Below, one piece after another: positions 8,863 to 18,736 of a stretch of DNA of 25,155 nucleotides. The DNA is taken from NCBI GenBank assembly GCA_021779775.1, contig JAJYAB010000001.1, positions 1-25,155 on the forward strand, read 5' to 3'. Position 1 is the first letter of the stretch, and every line of letters starts with the position of its first letter. Source of the DNA: Actinomycetes bacterium. GTDB taxonomy: Bacteria > Actinomycetota > Acidimicrobiia > Acidimicrobiales > UBA8190. The notes under the pieces were generated by a model. The model made no database searches and was not told where the DNA came from. It saw only the letters and a list, made by a program, of their open reading frames with translations. The position numbers and the translations under genes were made by a program.

Positions 8863-9012
8863 TCAGTGGCCCCAGATCTTGCCGACGATGATGGCGAGGA
8901 GGATCGGCCCCACCACTCCGGCGACCATCACGCCGATCACCACCGAGACGGCGATCTCGAAGGCCAGAACAGCCTGATCCCGGTTCGTGCGCTTCGGCTC
9001 CACTACTGCCAT
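8863..9012 (-). CDS. small hydrophobic membrane protein, 49 aa (absent from the ORF track)
   Basis: MAVVEPKRTNRDQAVLAFEIAVSVVIGVMVAGVVGPILLAIIVGKIWGH; SD GAGGAGG (9028-9022) 9 nt before ATG; candidate -10 TATCGT (9056-9051). Confidence 0.7.
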   Translation of the reverse strand: MAVVEPKRTNRDQAVLAFEIAVSVVIGVMVAGVVGPILLAIIVGKIWGH

Positions 9013-9051
9013 GCGTGCCTGCCTCCTCGGGTGACGGCGGTACCGGTGCCA

Positions 9052-9090
9052 CGATATCCCGGTGCGATATCCCGGTGCGATATCCCGGTG
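9052..9090. repeat. 13-bp tandem repeat x3 in a divergent promoter region
   Basis: cgatatcccggtg at 9052-9064, 9065-9077 and 9078-9090. Confidence 0.93.
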
Positions 9091-9141
9091 CGGCGACCGG
9101 GTCCCGGTCCCACCCTGCCCGGGTGCCCGGCTGGCCTTCGA

Positions 9142-9147
9142 TAGCGT
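9142..9147 (+). promoter_or_regulatory. -10 element of a probable leaderless transcript
   Basis: TAGCGT followed by 6 nt and then ATG 9154; no SD present. Confidence 0.5.
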
Positions 9148-9153
9148 TCACCT

Positions 9154-9996
9154 ATGGACCACTTCACCCGGCAGGGTCTGCGGTTCGACCTGACCGCCCA
9201 GGGGCCGGTCGGCGGGCCAGCGGTCGTGGCGCTGCACGGGTTCCCGCAGACGCGCCGATCATGGGATTTGGTGGCTCCGATGCTCGTCGCCCGAGGTCTG
9301 CGGGTGCTCGCTCCAGATCAACGCGGGTACTCGCCGGGGGCACGGCCAGTGTCCAGGCGCGCGTACCGGATCGGAGAGCTGGCGGCCGACGTGTTGGCGA
9401 TGGCCGACCAGGCGGGTATCGAGCGGTTCCACGTGGTGGGCCACGACTGGGGTGGCGTGGTGGCGTGGGAGCTGGGCGCCCGGCATCCGGAACGACTTCG
9501 TAGCCTTACGGTCCTGTCGATGCCGCACCCGGCATCCCTCCTTCGGGCATTTGCCTCGAGCACCCAAGGGTTACGCTCGTGGTACATGGCTGCGCTGCAG
9601 GTTCCGCGCCTGCCTGAGCGTGCTCTCGGAGCTGGCTCCGGACGCTTTGCCAGAGCTGTCCTGCTGCGCAGCGGCCTGCCGGAAGATCGCATGGAGACCA
9701 CCGCCGCCCTGCTCGCCGATCGGCCGGCATTGGCAGGTGCCTTGGCCTGGTACCGGGCGCTGCCGTTGTCGGTAGCCGCCATGCGGCACGTCCCGCCAGT
9801 TACGGTGCCCACCGTCTACGCATGGGGCACCGAGGACCGGTTCCTGGGACGAGCGGCGGCCGAGGGCACCGCCCGCTACGTCACCGGCCCGTACCGGCTG
9901 GAGATCCTCGTCGGGACATCGCACTGGATCCTCGACACCGTTCCCGAGGTGGTGGACCGGATCGTCGCCGATCAGGTAATGGCCACCGAGCCCTGA
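9154..9996 (+). CDS. alpha/beta-fold hydrolase (epoxide hydrolase-like)
   Basis: HGFPQ oxyanion motif, DQRGY, GHDWGG (Asp nucleophile), WGTEDRFL, SHW catalytic His. Confidence 0.9.
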   Translation: MDHFTRQGLRFDLTAQGPVGGPAVVALHGFPQTRRSWDLVAPMLVARGLRVLAPDQRGYSPGARPVSRRAYRIGELAADVLAMADQAGIERFHVVGHDWGGVVAWELGARHPERLRSLTVLSMPHPASLLRAFASSTQGLRSWYMAALQVPRLPERALGAGSGRFARAVLLRSGLPEDRMETTAALLADRPALAGALAWYRALPLSVAAMRHVPPVTVPTVYAWGTEDRFLGRAAAEGTARYVTGPYRLEILVGTSHWILDTVPEVVDRIVADQVMATEP

Positions 9997-10071
9997 CTGC
10001 CGGGTACACTGCAGCTGTCCTGGTGCGCCGTCGTTGCGACTGGGTTCCCCTCTTCGCACGAAAGTCTGCGC

Positions 10072-11430
10072 ATGCCCCCCTCCTTCGCCGAGCTCGGCGT
10101 CTCCCCCGAACTGGTCGCCGCTATGGCGCGTCGCTCGATCTATGCGCCGTTCCCTGTGCAGGTGGCCACCTTGCCCAGCGCCCTGGCCGGCCGTGACGTG
10201 TCCGGCAAGGCGCCCACCGGATCGGGCAAGACCCTGGCGTTCGGCATCGCTGCAGTGGCTCGGCTCCAGGGCGCGCCGGTGCTGGCGCGCCGTCCCCGGG
10301 CGCTCATCTTGACCCCGACCCGCGAGCTGTGCGCCCAGGTGGCGAGCGAGCTCGCGTCGCTCGGCGGGAACGGCCCGGGTGCCGTCCGAGTCGCCTCCTT
10401 CTATGGCGGTGTGGGCTACCAGCCGCAGATCAGGGCGCTCGCCCGGGGCGTGCACATCGCGGTCGCCTGTCCTGGGCGCCTGCAGGACCTGATCGACGGT
10501 GGCCATGCCCGGCTCGACCAGGTGGAGCTGGTTGTCCTCGACGAGGCAGATCGCATGGCCGACATGGGGTTCCTGCCCGCTGTCGGTCGGCTGCTCGACC
10601 TGACGCCCTCCAGTCGACAGACCCTGCTCTTCTCCGCCACGCTCGACGGAGACGTAGATGTGCTCGTGCGCCGGTACCAGCGGGACTCGGTTCGCCACGA
10701 GCTGGCCGATCCCACCACGGACGAGTCGCGTGCCGATCACCGCTTCTGGAAGGTCAATTCTGCCGACCGAGCGGATATGACCGCCCGGGTGGCGGCCACT
10801 TCTGGCCCTACCATCGTCTTCTGCCGGACGCGCCATTCCACCGATCGAACGGCTCGCCAGCTCATGGCCCGGGGAGTCAGTGCAGCTGCGATCCACGGCG
10901 ACCGGTCTCAGGCCCAGCGCGAACGTGCCCTCAAGTCGTTCGTCGACGGCCGGGTCGAGGCGCTCGTGGCCACCGACGTGGCGGCTCGAGGCATCCACGT
11001 CGACGGGGTGGCCGCCGTCGTCCACTTCGACCTGCCGGCCGACGCGAAGGACTACGTGCATCGATCGGGTCGCACTGCCCGAGCTGGGGCGGAAGGGCTC
11101 GTGGTGTCGCTCGTCACGCCAGACAAGCATGTCGCGGCCAAGAAGCTGCAGCGGGATCTCGGGTACCCCCCAGGGATCGTGGCACCAGATGTGGCGGTGT
11201 CCGGGCACGTGCTGCGCGGGCCCGTCGAAGAGCCAGGGCACGATCGACCGGTGCTCGCGCCCTCCAAGAGGCATAAGTCAGCCGATGCCTCGGGGAGACC
11301 CAGCAGGCCGAGTGCCGGCAAGCGTCCCGTCCGCACGTCGGGCGGTCCCACCCGCGGCCGCCGCCCGGTGCGCCAGGGTCCCGCTCCCGCGAGCGCACCG
11401 AGACGAGGCGCGTCGCGGCGCCAGGGGTGA
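10072..11430 (+). CDS. DEAD-box RNA helicase
   Basis: FAELG/PFPVQ Q-motif, APTGSGKT, PTRELCAQ, CPGRL, DEAD, SAT, HGDRSQ, ATDVAARG, HRSGRTARAG; basic C-terminal tail. Confidence 0.96.
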   Translation: MPPSFAELGVSPELVAAMARRSIYAPFPVQVATLPSALAGRDVSGKAPTGSGKTLAFGIAAVARLQGAPVLARRPRALILTPTRELCAQVASELASLGGNGPGAVRVASFYGGVGYQPQIRALARGVHIAVACPGRLQDLIDGGHARLDQVELVVLDEADRMADMGFLPAVGRLLDLTPSSRQTLLFSATLDGDVDVLVRRYQRDSVRHELADPTTDESRADHRFWKVNSADRADMTARVAATSGPTIVFCRTRHSTDRTARQLMARGVSAAAIHGDRSQAQRERALKSFVDGRVEALVATDVAARGIHVDGVAAVVHFDLPADAKDYVHRSGRTARAGAEGLVVSLVTPDKHVAAKKLQRDLGYPPGIVAPDVAVSGHVLRGPVEEPGHDRPVLAPSKRHKSADASGRPSRPSAGKRPVRTSGGPTRGRRPVRQGPAPASAPRRGASRRQG

Positions 11431-11437
11431 CTTCCCG

Positions 11438-13036
<1,599 letters not shown>

Positions 13037-13086
13037 CGCCTTGAACGTGCTCCGGTCGACGCTCCGGTCCCGGAGCAGCGCAGGCG
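13037..13086. terminator. possible bidirectional hairpin between convergent genes
   Basis: tgctccgg (13048-13055) pairs with ccggagca (13070-13077); outer cgcct/aggcg pairing; no U-tract. Confidence 0.3.
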
Positions 13087-13128
13087 ATCAGGATCTCGTC
13101 TACCCAGCTCAGCGCCGGCGTCCTGTCC

Positions 13129-13296
13129 TCAGGGACTCGGGGTCGGCTCGGCGGCGGAGGTAGGTGCAGCCCGACCGGGCTGGCGGGGCGGCCCAGCCGG
13201 CCGTGACCGGCCGGCGCTCTCCCCCCGCTGCTCACAGTCGGTCAGGGTGTCGTCGATCAGCCGCATGATCTCGTCGCATCGCTCGCCCAGTGTCAT
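13129..13296 (-). CDS. small hypothetical protein, 55 aa (absent from the ORF track)
   Basis: MTLGERCDEIMRLIDDTLTDCEQRGESAGRSRPAGPPRQPGRAAPTSAAEPTPSP; SD AAGGAG (13310-13305) 8 nt before ATG; codirectional with and downstream of nucS. Confidence 0.6.
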   Translation of the reverse strand: MTLGERCDEIMRLIDDTLTDCEQRGESAGRSRPAGPPRQPGRAAPTSAAEPTPSP

Positions 13297-13407
13297 CGGC
13301 TCATCTCCTTCGTCGTCTCATCATCGGCACGTTCGGTTCCGACCCGTAGGCACCGAGCTCCGGTGTCGGCGTGCGGCCCCATGCCGGTGTCCTACCCGGC
13401 GGGGCGT

Positions 13408-13440
13408 GCACCACGTCAGCACCACGTCAGCACCACGTCA
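13408..13440. repeat. 11-bp tandem repeat x3 beginning at the nucS stop codon
   Basis: gcaccacgtca at 13408, 13419 and 13430 (TGACGTGGTGC x3 on the minus strand). Confidence 0.93.
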
Positions 13441-14097
13441 GAACAGGGTGGGCGTGGTCGGTTGGAGGCCGCGCAGCGTGTCGTAGTCGACTTCGGCACA
13501 GGCGATGCCCCGAGACTCGGCGAGCACGCGAGCCTGCGGTGCGATCTTCTGGGCGACCAGCATCCCCCGGAGCGGGTGCAGCCGGCCGTCTTGGCGGAGG
13601 AAGGACAGGTAGCGGGTGAGCTGCTCGACCCCGTCGATGTCACCACGCCGTTTCACTTCCACCGCGACGAATGTCCCGTCGGCTGCGTAGCACAGGAGGT
13701 CGACCGGTCCGATGCCGGTCTCGCGCTCGCGCGCGACGAGCATAAGGCCCGGTTCGAGTGCCTCGGGAGAGGCGGCCAGCAACGCCTGCAGCTCGAGCTC
13801 CACACCGTCTTTGGCCAAGCCAGGCTCGGGCCCAAGGTCGTGGGCGACGTCAGCATGGACCTCGACCAGGTCGATAGTGAGCGCTTCCCCTCTCCGGTTC
13901 CGGACGACCCACCGCGCCGGGCTGGTTTCCACGGTGCACGGCGGACTCATCCAATTGAGGGGCTTGTAGGCCCCGCCGTCGGCGTGGATCGACACCGACC
14001 CGTCCGCCTTCATCAGGACAAGCCGTCTGGCTTCGGGGAGCCGGGCCGTCAGGCGGCCTTCGTAGGCGACGGAGCAGGTGGCGATCAGCAGGCGCAT
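13438..14097 (-). CDS. nucS: endonuclease NucS/EndoMS (non-canonical mismatch repair), 219 aa
   Basis: [71 protein letters not shown]; start reset to ATG 14097. Confidence 0.95.
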   Translation of the reverse strand: MRLLIATCSVAYEGRLTARLPEARRLVLMKADGSVSIHADGGAYKPLNWMSPPCTVETSPARWVVRNRRGEALTIDLVEVHADVAHDLGPEPGLAKDGVELELQALLAASPEALEPGLMLVARERETGIGPVDLLCYAADGTFVAVEVKRRGDIDGVEQLTRYLSFLRQDGRLHPLRGMLVAQKIAPQARVLAESRGIACAEVDYDTLRGLQPTTPTLF

Positions 14098-14199
14098 GCC
14101 GCCATGGTGGCCCATGGCCGCCCGCCGCGCCGTCACCACTACGATCCCCGAGGATCCCCGATGACCACGCGCCGGGGAAGGCCAGTGAGGAGATCGCCG

Positions 14200-16026
14200 G
14201 TGCTCGTGGTGGTCCTGATCAAGCAGGTGCCCATCGCCGAGCAGTCGGTGCTCGGTGAGGACGGCAGGCTCGACCGCTCCGGCGTCGAGCTGGAGATGAA
14301 CGCCTACTGCCGCCGCGCCGTCAGCCAGGGTGTCGCGCTCGCCCGCCAGTTCGGTGGTCGGTGCATAGCCGTCACCCTCGGCCCGCCGGCCGCCGAGGAC
14401 ATCCTGCGCGAGTCGGTCGCCTGGGGTGCCGATCGGGGGATCCTGGTGAGTGACGGGGCGTTCGCCGGTTCCGACACCCTGGCCACCAGCCGAGCGCTGG
14501 CCGGTGTGCTGCAGCGGATCGGTCCGGGTGACGTCGTGCTGGCCGGCCGGAACTCCGTCGATGCCGACACCGGCCAGGTCGGGCCCCAGGTGGCCGAGAT
14601 GCTCGGCCTGCCGTTCGTCGGCGGGGCACGCCGGCTGCAGGTGGCAGGGCGGACGATCAGGGCACACTGCGAGCTCGATGACGGCTGGCGCACCGTCGAG
14701 GTGGAGATGCCAGCCGTGGTGTCGGTCGCCGAGCGGCTGATCGAGCCGTGCAAGGTTCCGCCCGCCGGTCGCCGTGCCGTACCCGCCGACCGCATCGAAC
14801 GGGTGCGGGCGCCTGATCTCGGGCCGGGCCCCTGGGGAGCGCGGGGGAGCCCGACGGTGGTCGGTCCCGTCCGGTCCATGGCGGTGGACCGCCGCCGCGT
14901 CGTGCTGCACGGCCCGGTCGGCGACCAGGTGGCAGAGGCCGTCCGGCTCCTGCGCGAGTGGGGGCTCCCGGCATTCGCTGCCGGAGCGCGGGGTGCCGGT
15001 CACGCATCCCGGGCGGCCGAAGGGGTGCTGCATGCTCGCTCGGTAGAGCCGTCGTCTGGCCCGGGTGGACGCCTCGGGCCGGTCTCGGTGGTCGTGGTGG
15101 ACCTGGAGCGCCGCCGGGTGGCGCGTGAGCTGCTCGGAGAAGCAGCAAAGCTGGTGTCGTCCGTGGGCGGGTCGGTGGTCGCTGCGGTGGGTGGTCCTGA
15201 GCCGGACGCTCAGCAGCGTACCGAGCTGGCGGCGTGGGGAGCCGACCGACTGCTGTCGCTGCGCGCCGATGCGGGTGCTCCGGTGCTGGAGGCGGACCTG
15301 GCGCGGGCGCTCGCCGATTGGGCGATGGCAGCGTCACCATGGGCGATCCTGTCCCCCGGTACGTTGTGGGGGCGCGAGGTGGCCGGTCGGGTGGCGGCCA
15401 GGCTCGGCGCCGGGCTCACTGGGGACGCGGTCGGCCTCGGCGTAGAGGCCGGTCGGCTCGTGTCGTTCAAGCCGGCGTTCGGCGGGCGCCTCGTTGCAGC
15501 GGTCACCGCTCGCTCCACCGTGCAGATGGTTACGGTGCGACCCGGGGTGCTGGGGTTACGTGCCCCTCGCACCGGCCCGAGGAGGCTACCCGTCGAACGT
15601 GTGGACGCTCCCTGCTCCGGGTCGGTGCGCGTGCTCGATCAGGGCCGGGACGACGATGTGGATGCGCTGCTGGCAGCCCCGTCCGTCGTGTGCGTGGGCC
15701 AGGGCGTGTCGCCCGAGCACTACATCGAGCTCGAGCCGTTGGTGGAACGTCTCGGTGGTGCACTCGGAGCGACCCGTAAGGTCACCGACCGGGGCTGGCT
15801 TCCGCGGTCTCGCCAGATCGGTCTCACTGGTCACAGCGTTGCCCCGGCACTCTTCCTGGCGCTCGGCATCTCGGGCCGGTTCAACCACATGGTGGGAGCC
15901 CGGGGGGCGGGCGCCATCGTGGCCGTAGACGTCGACCCCCGAGCCTCGGTGTTCGAGTGGGCCGACGTCGGTATCGTCGGGGACTGGCGCCTTGCCGTCC
16001 GGGCCCTGTTGGCCGAGCTCGGCTGA
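14200..16026 (+). CDS. fused electron transfer flavoprotein beta+alpha (FixA-FixB-like), 608 aa
   Basis: N-half: [38 protein letters not shown]-half: GLTGDAV, KPAFGG, TRKVTD.GW, QIGLTG, GISG..NHMVG. GTG start with SD GAGGAG at 14187-14192; no internal stop. Confidence 0.9.
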   Translation: MLVVVLIKQVPIAEQSVLGEDGRLDRSGVELEMNAYCRRAVSQGVALARQFGGRCIAVTLGPPAAEDILRESVAWGADRGILVSDGAFAGSDTLATSRALAGVLQRIGPGDVVLAGRNSVDADTGQVGPQVAEMLGLPFVGGARRLQVAGRTIRAHCELDDGWRTVEVEMPAVVSVAERLIEPCKVPPAGRRAVPADRIERVRAPDLGPGPWGARGSPTVVGPVRSMAVDRRRVVLHGPVGDQVAEAVRLLREWGLPAFAAGARGAGHASRAAEGVLHARSVEPSSGPGGRLGPVSVVVVDLERRRVARELLGEAAKLVSSVGGSVVAAVGGPEPDAQQRTELAAWGADRLLSLRADAGAPVLEADLARALADWAMAASPWAILSPGTLWGREVAGRVAARLGAGLTGDAVGLGVEAGRLVSFKPAFGGRLVAAVTARSTVQMVTVRPGVLGLRAPRTGPRRLPVERVDAPCSGSVRVLDQGRDDDVDALLAAPSVVCVGQGVSPEHYIELEPLVERLGGALGATRKVTDRGWLPRSRQIGLTGHSVAPALFLALGISGRFNHMVGARGAGAIVAVDVDPRASVFEWADVGIVGDWRLAVRALLAELG

Positions 16027-16066
16027 CCGCAGCCCGTAGAGTCGCCTGGGTGGAGCGGGTCGCACC

Positions 16067-17362
16067 ATGAGCACACCGACGGGTGGCAACGCGCCGGAAG
16101 GCCCAGGATGGTGGCGGGCCGAGCTCAACCTGGGCCATATCCGGGCGGCCGCCGAGCGGCTGGAGACGATCGGAGTGCACACACCGCTGCAACGAAACAC
16201 CCGGCTCTCCGCGCGCTACGGCGCCGAGGTGTACGTCAAGCGCGAGGACCTGCAGGCAGTCCGTTCCTACAAGATCCGCGGCGCCTACACGTTCGTGTCC
16301 TCGCTGCCCGGCGACCGGTTGCGGGCTGGAGTGGTATGTGCCAGCGCAGGGAACCATGCGCAGGGCGTGGCGTGGACATGTCGAGCGCTCGGGGTCCATG
16401 GCGTGGTGTTCCTCCCCCGCCGCACCCCGAAGCAGAAGGTGGCGCGCATCCGGTCGGTCGGCGGCGACCTCGTCGACGTCCGGTTCGCCGGCGAGACGTT
16501 CGACGACGCTGCGGTCGCCGCGGCCGAGCAGGCGGAGCGGACCGGCGCGACGATCGTGCCGGCATTCGACCATCCGACGACGGTTGCCGGCCAGGGCACG
16601 GTGGCGCTCGAAGTGGTGGACCAGCTCGGGGAACCGCCCGACGTGTTGGTGGTGCCGGTCGGCGGCGGCGGTCTGATCGCCGGCATGGCCGCCTGCCTCG
16701 ACGGCCTCGGTGCTCCGACCGTCGTCGTCGGGGTGCAGCCCCAGGGGGCGCCCGCCATGGTCCGCTCGGTGGCTGCTGGGCATCCGGTGACCATCGACAT
16801 CAGCGACGACTTCGTCGACGGAGCAGTGGTGCGGACGCCGGGCAGGTTGTCGGTGGCTGTTACGAAGGAGCTCGTCGACCACCTGGTGGTGGTGCCCGAG
16901 GGGCAGGTCTGCACCGAGCTGCTGGACCTGTACCAGGAGGACGGCATCGTAGCGGAGCCGGCCGGCGCGCTTGCCGTGGCCGGGCTCGAAGACCTGGTCG
17001 ACCGGATCGGCGGCCGTACCGTGGTCTGCGTGCTCAGCGGTGGGAACAACGATGTCGCCCGCTACGACGAGATCATCGAGCGCAGCCTCGTTCACCGAGG
17101 CCTTAAGCACTACTTCATCGTGCAGTTCCCCCAACTACCGGGAGCGTTGCGCCACTTCCTCGACGACTGTCTTGGACCGTCTGACGACATAACGCTGTTC
17201 GAGTACATTAAGAAGAACAGCCGGGAGTTCGGTCCAGCGCTTGTCGGTATCGAGCTCGCCGACCGGGGGGATCTTCCGCCGTTCCTCGACCGTGTGGGCC
17301 GCTCAGGGCTTCAGGTCGACCCGGTAGCGCCCGGCAGCGCCGTGTTCCGCTTCCTCATCTGA
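16067..17362 (+). CDS. ilvA: threonine ammonia-lyase, biosynthetic (short C-terminal regulatory form)
   Basis: KREDLQ.VRSYKIRGA (PLP Lys), ASAGNHAQG, PVGGGGL, EPAGAL, SGGNND, HYFIVQFPQ.PGAL. Confidence 0.95.
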   Translation: MSTPTGGNAPEGPGWWRAELNLGHIRAAAERLETIGVHTPLQRNTRLSARYGAEVYVKREDLQAVRSYKIRGAYTFVSSLPGDRLRAGVVCASAGNHAQGVAWTCRALGVHGVVFLPRRTPKQKVARIRSVGGDLVDVRFAGETFDDAAVAAAEQAERTGATIVPAFDHPTTVAGQGTVALEVVDQLGEPPDVLVVPVGGGGLIAGMAACLDGLGAPTVVVGVQPQGAPAMVRSVAAGHPVTIDISDDFVDGAVVRTPGRLSVAVTKELVDHLVVVPEGQVCTELLDLYQEDGIVAEPAGALAVAGLEDLVDRIGGRTVVCVLSGGNNDVARYDEIIERSLVHRGLKHYFIVQFPQLPGALRHFLDDCLGPSDDITLFEYIKKNSREFGPALVGIELADRGDLPPFLDRVGRSGLQVDPVAPGSAVFRFLI

Positions 17363-18578
17363 GGGTCTCCGCGGCATCTGCGGCCTCCACCTCGTGCCGT
17401 GACAGCCCCAGCAGGAACAAGATCGCGTCGAGGTACGGCACGTTGAGTGCCGTGTCAGCGGCGTGTCGGACCAGTGGTTTGGCGTTGAAGGCGATGCCCA
17501 GGCCGGCCACAGCCAACATGTCGAGGTCGTTGGCGCCGTCACCGACCGCTACCGTGCGCTCCAGCGGCACTCCCGCCTCCGCAGCGAAGCGGACCAGGGC
17601 GGCTGCCTTGCCTGCTCGGTCGATGACGGGCCCGACGAGGGTGCCGTCGAGGAGCTTGCCGGACACACCTAGGCGGTTGGCGGCCACGCGGTCGATACCG
17701 AGCTCGGCGGTGATCGGCTTGATGATCTCGGTGAAGCCGCCGCTCACCACAGCGGTGGCGTAGCCGAGGCGCTTCAACGTACGGATCAGGGTGCGGGCCC
17801 CTGGCATGAGCGGAAGCTGGCTGGCCACGTCGGCGAGCACGGCGGTGTCGAGGCCGGCCAGCAGCGCCACCCGTTCGCGTAGGGCACTGCCGAACTCGAG
17901 CTCGCCGGCCATGGCTGCCTCCGTGATGGCTGCCACCTCGGCTTGGCACCCTGCACGTTCAGCCAGCAGGTCGACCACCTCACCCTGCACCAAGGTGGAG
18001 TCGACGTCGAGGACGATGAGGTGCTTGGCTCGACGATGAAGCCCGTCCCGTTGGACCGCCACGTCCAACGAGTGGCACGCTGCCGCTTCGGTGACCAGCC
18101 GGCGCACCTCGCCGGCTTGCCCGCCGCGCACCTGCAGCTCATAGCTCGTCACCGGGTAGCGGGAGAGCTGGACGATCCGTTTGATCGTGGCCCCCGCCTC
18201 CGCCACGGCACCGGCCACCGCGCCGAGCTCGGTGGCGCCGAGCTCGGGTGCGAGCACCGTCACCAGCTGGCTGTCCCCATCGCCGGCGGCCACCAGTGCC
18301 GCAGCATGGGGCGCCACCCCCACCGGGCGGATCTCTGCCGACAGGCCGAACGGTGCGGTCACGCCAGTCAGAGCCGCCGCTAGCGCGCCAGCACCGGGCC
18401 CTTCCACCAGCAGACCGAGGAGCAACCGCCCGTGGACCACCACCTGCTCGACGTCGCGGACATCAGCGCTGATGTCCGCCAGCGCCTGCATCAGCGCGGC
18501 GGCCACTGCGGGCTGGTCCGGCCCGGTGACGGTCACGAGCAGGACGGGCCCTGCGCCTGCGCCCGGAGCGACGATCAT
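17355..18578 (-). CDS. serB: phosphoserine phosphatase with N-terminal ACT domains
   Basis: VTVTGPDQP ACT start, LDVDSTL (HAD motif I), AMAGELEF..ALRERV, VSGGF, GDGANDLDM, AFNAKP; 8-nt tail-to-tail overlap with ilvA. Confidence 0.94.
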   Translation of the reverse strand: MIVAPGAGAGPVLLVTVTGPDQPAVAAALMQALADISADVRDVEQVVVHGRLLLGLLVEGPGAGALAAALTGVTAPFGLSAEIRPVGVAPHAAALVAAGDGDSQLVTVLAPELGATELGAVAGAVAEAGATIKRIVQLSRYPVTSYELQVRGGQAGEVRRLVTEAAACHSLDVAVQRDGLHRRAKHLIVLDVDSTLVQGEVVDLLAERAGCQAEVAAITEAAMAGELEFGSALRERVALLAGLDTAVLADVASQLPLMPGARTLIRTLKRLGYATAVVSGGFTEIIKPITAELGIDRVAANRLGVSGKLLDGTLVGPVIDRAGKAAALVRFAAEAGVPLERTVAVGDGANDLDMLAVAGLGIAFNAKPLVRHAADTALNVPYLDAILFLLGLSRHEVEAADAAETLR

Positions 18579-18736
18579 CAGGAGCGTGCGCGGTCGGGCC
18601 GTACCCCCAGCCCGGGGACATGGTCCGCGCTCGGCATCGGCTCGTCGGCATCCATGGGTGACACCCTACGATGCCCGGTCGTTGCGACGGACGGCGTCAC
18701 GTCCGGAGCCGTGGGGGAGCTGGCTTCGCCTGTTCG

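Noticed and set aside
14100-14117. gccatgg-tggc-ccatggc 7-bp hairpin in the nucS/ETF divergent gap
   Set aside because: Short GC-rich stems are expected by chance here; no supporting operator context.
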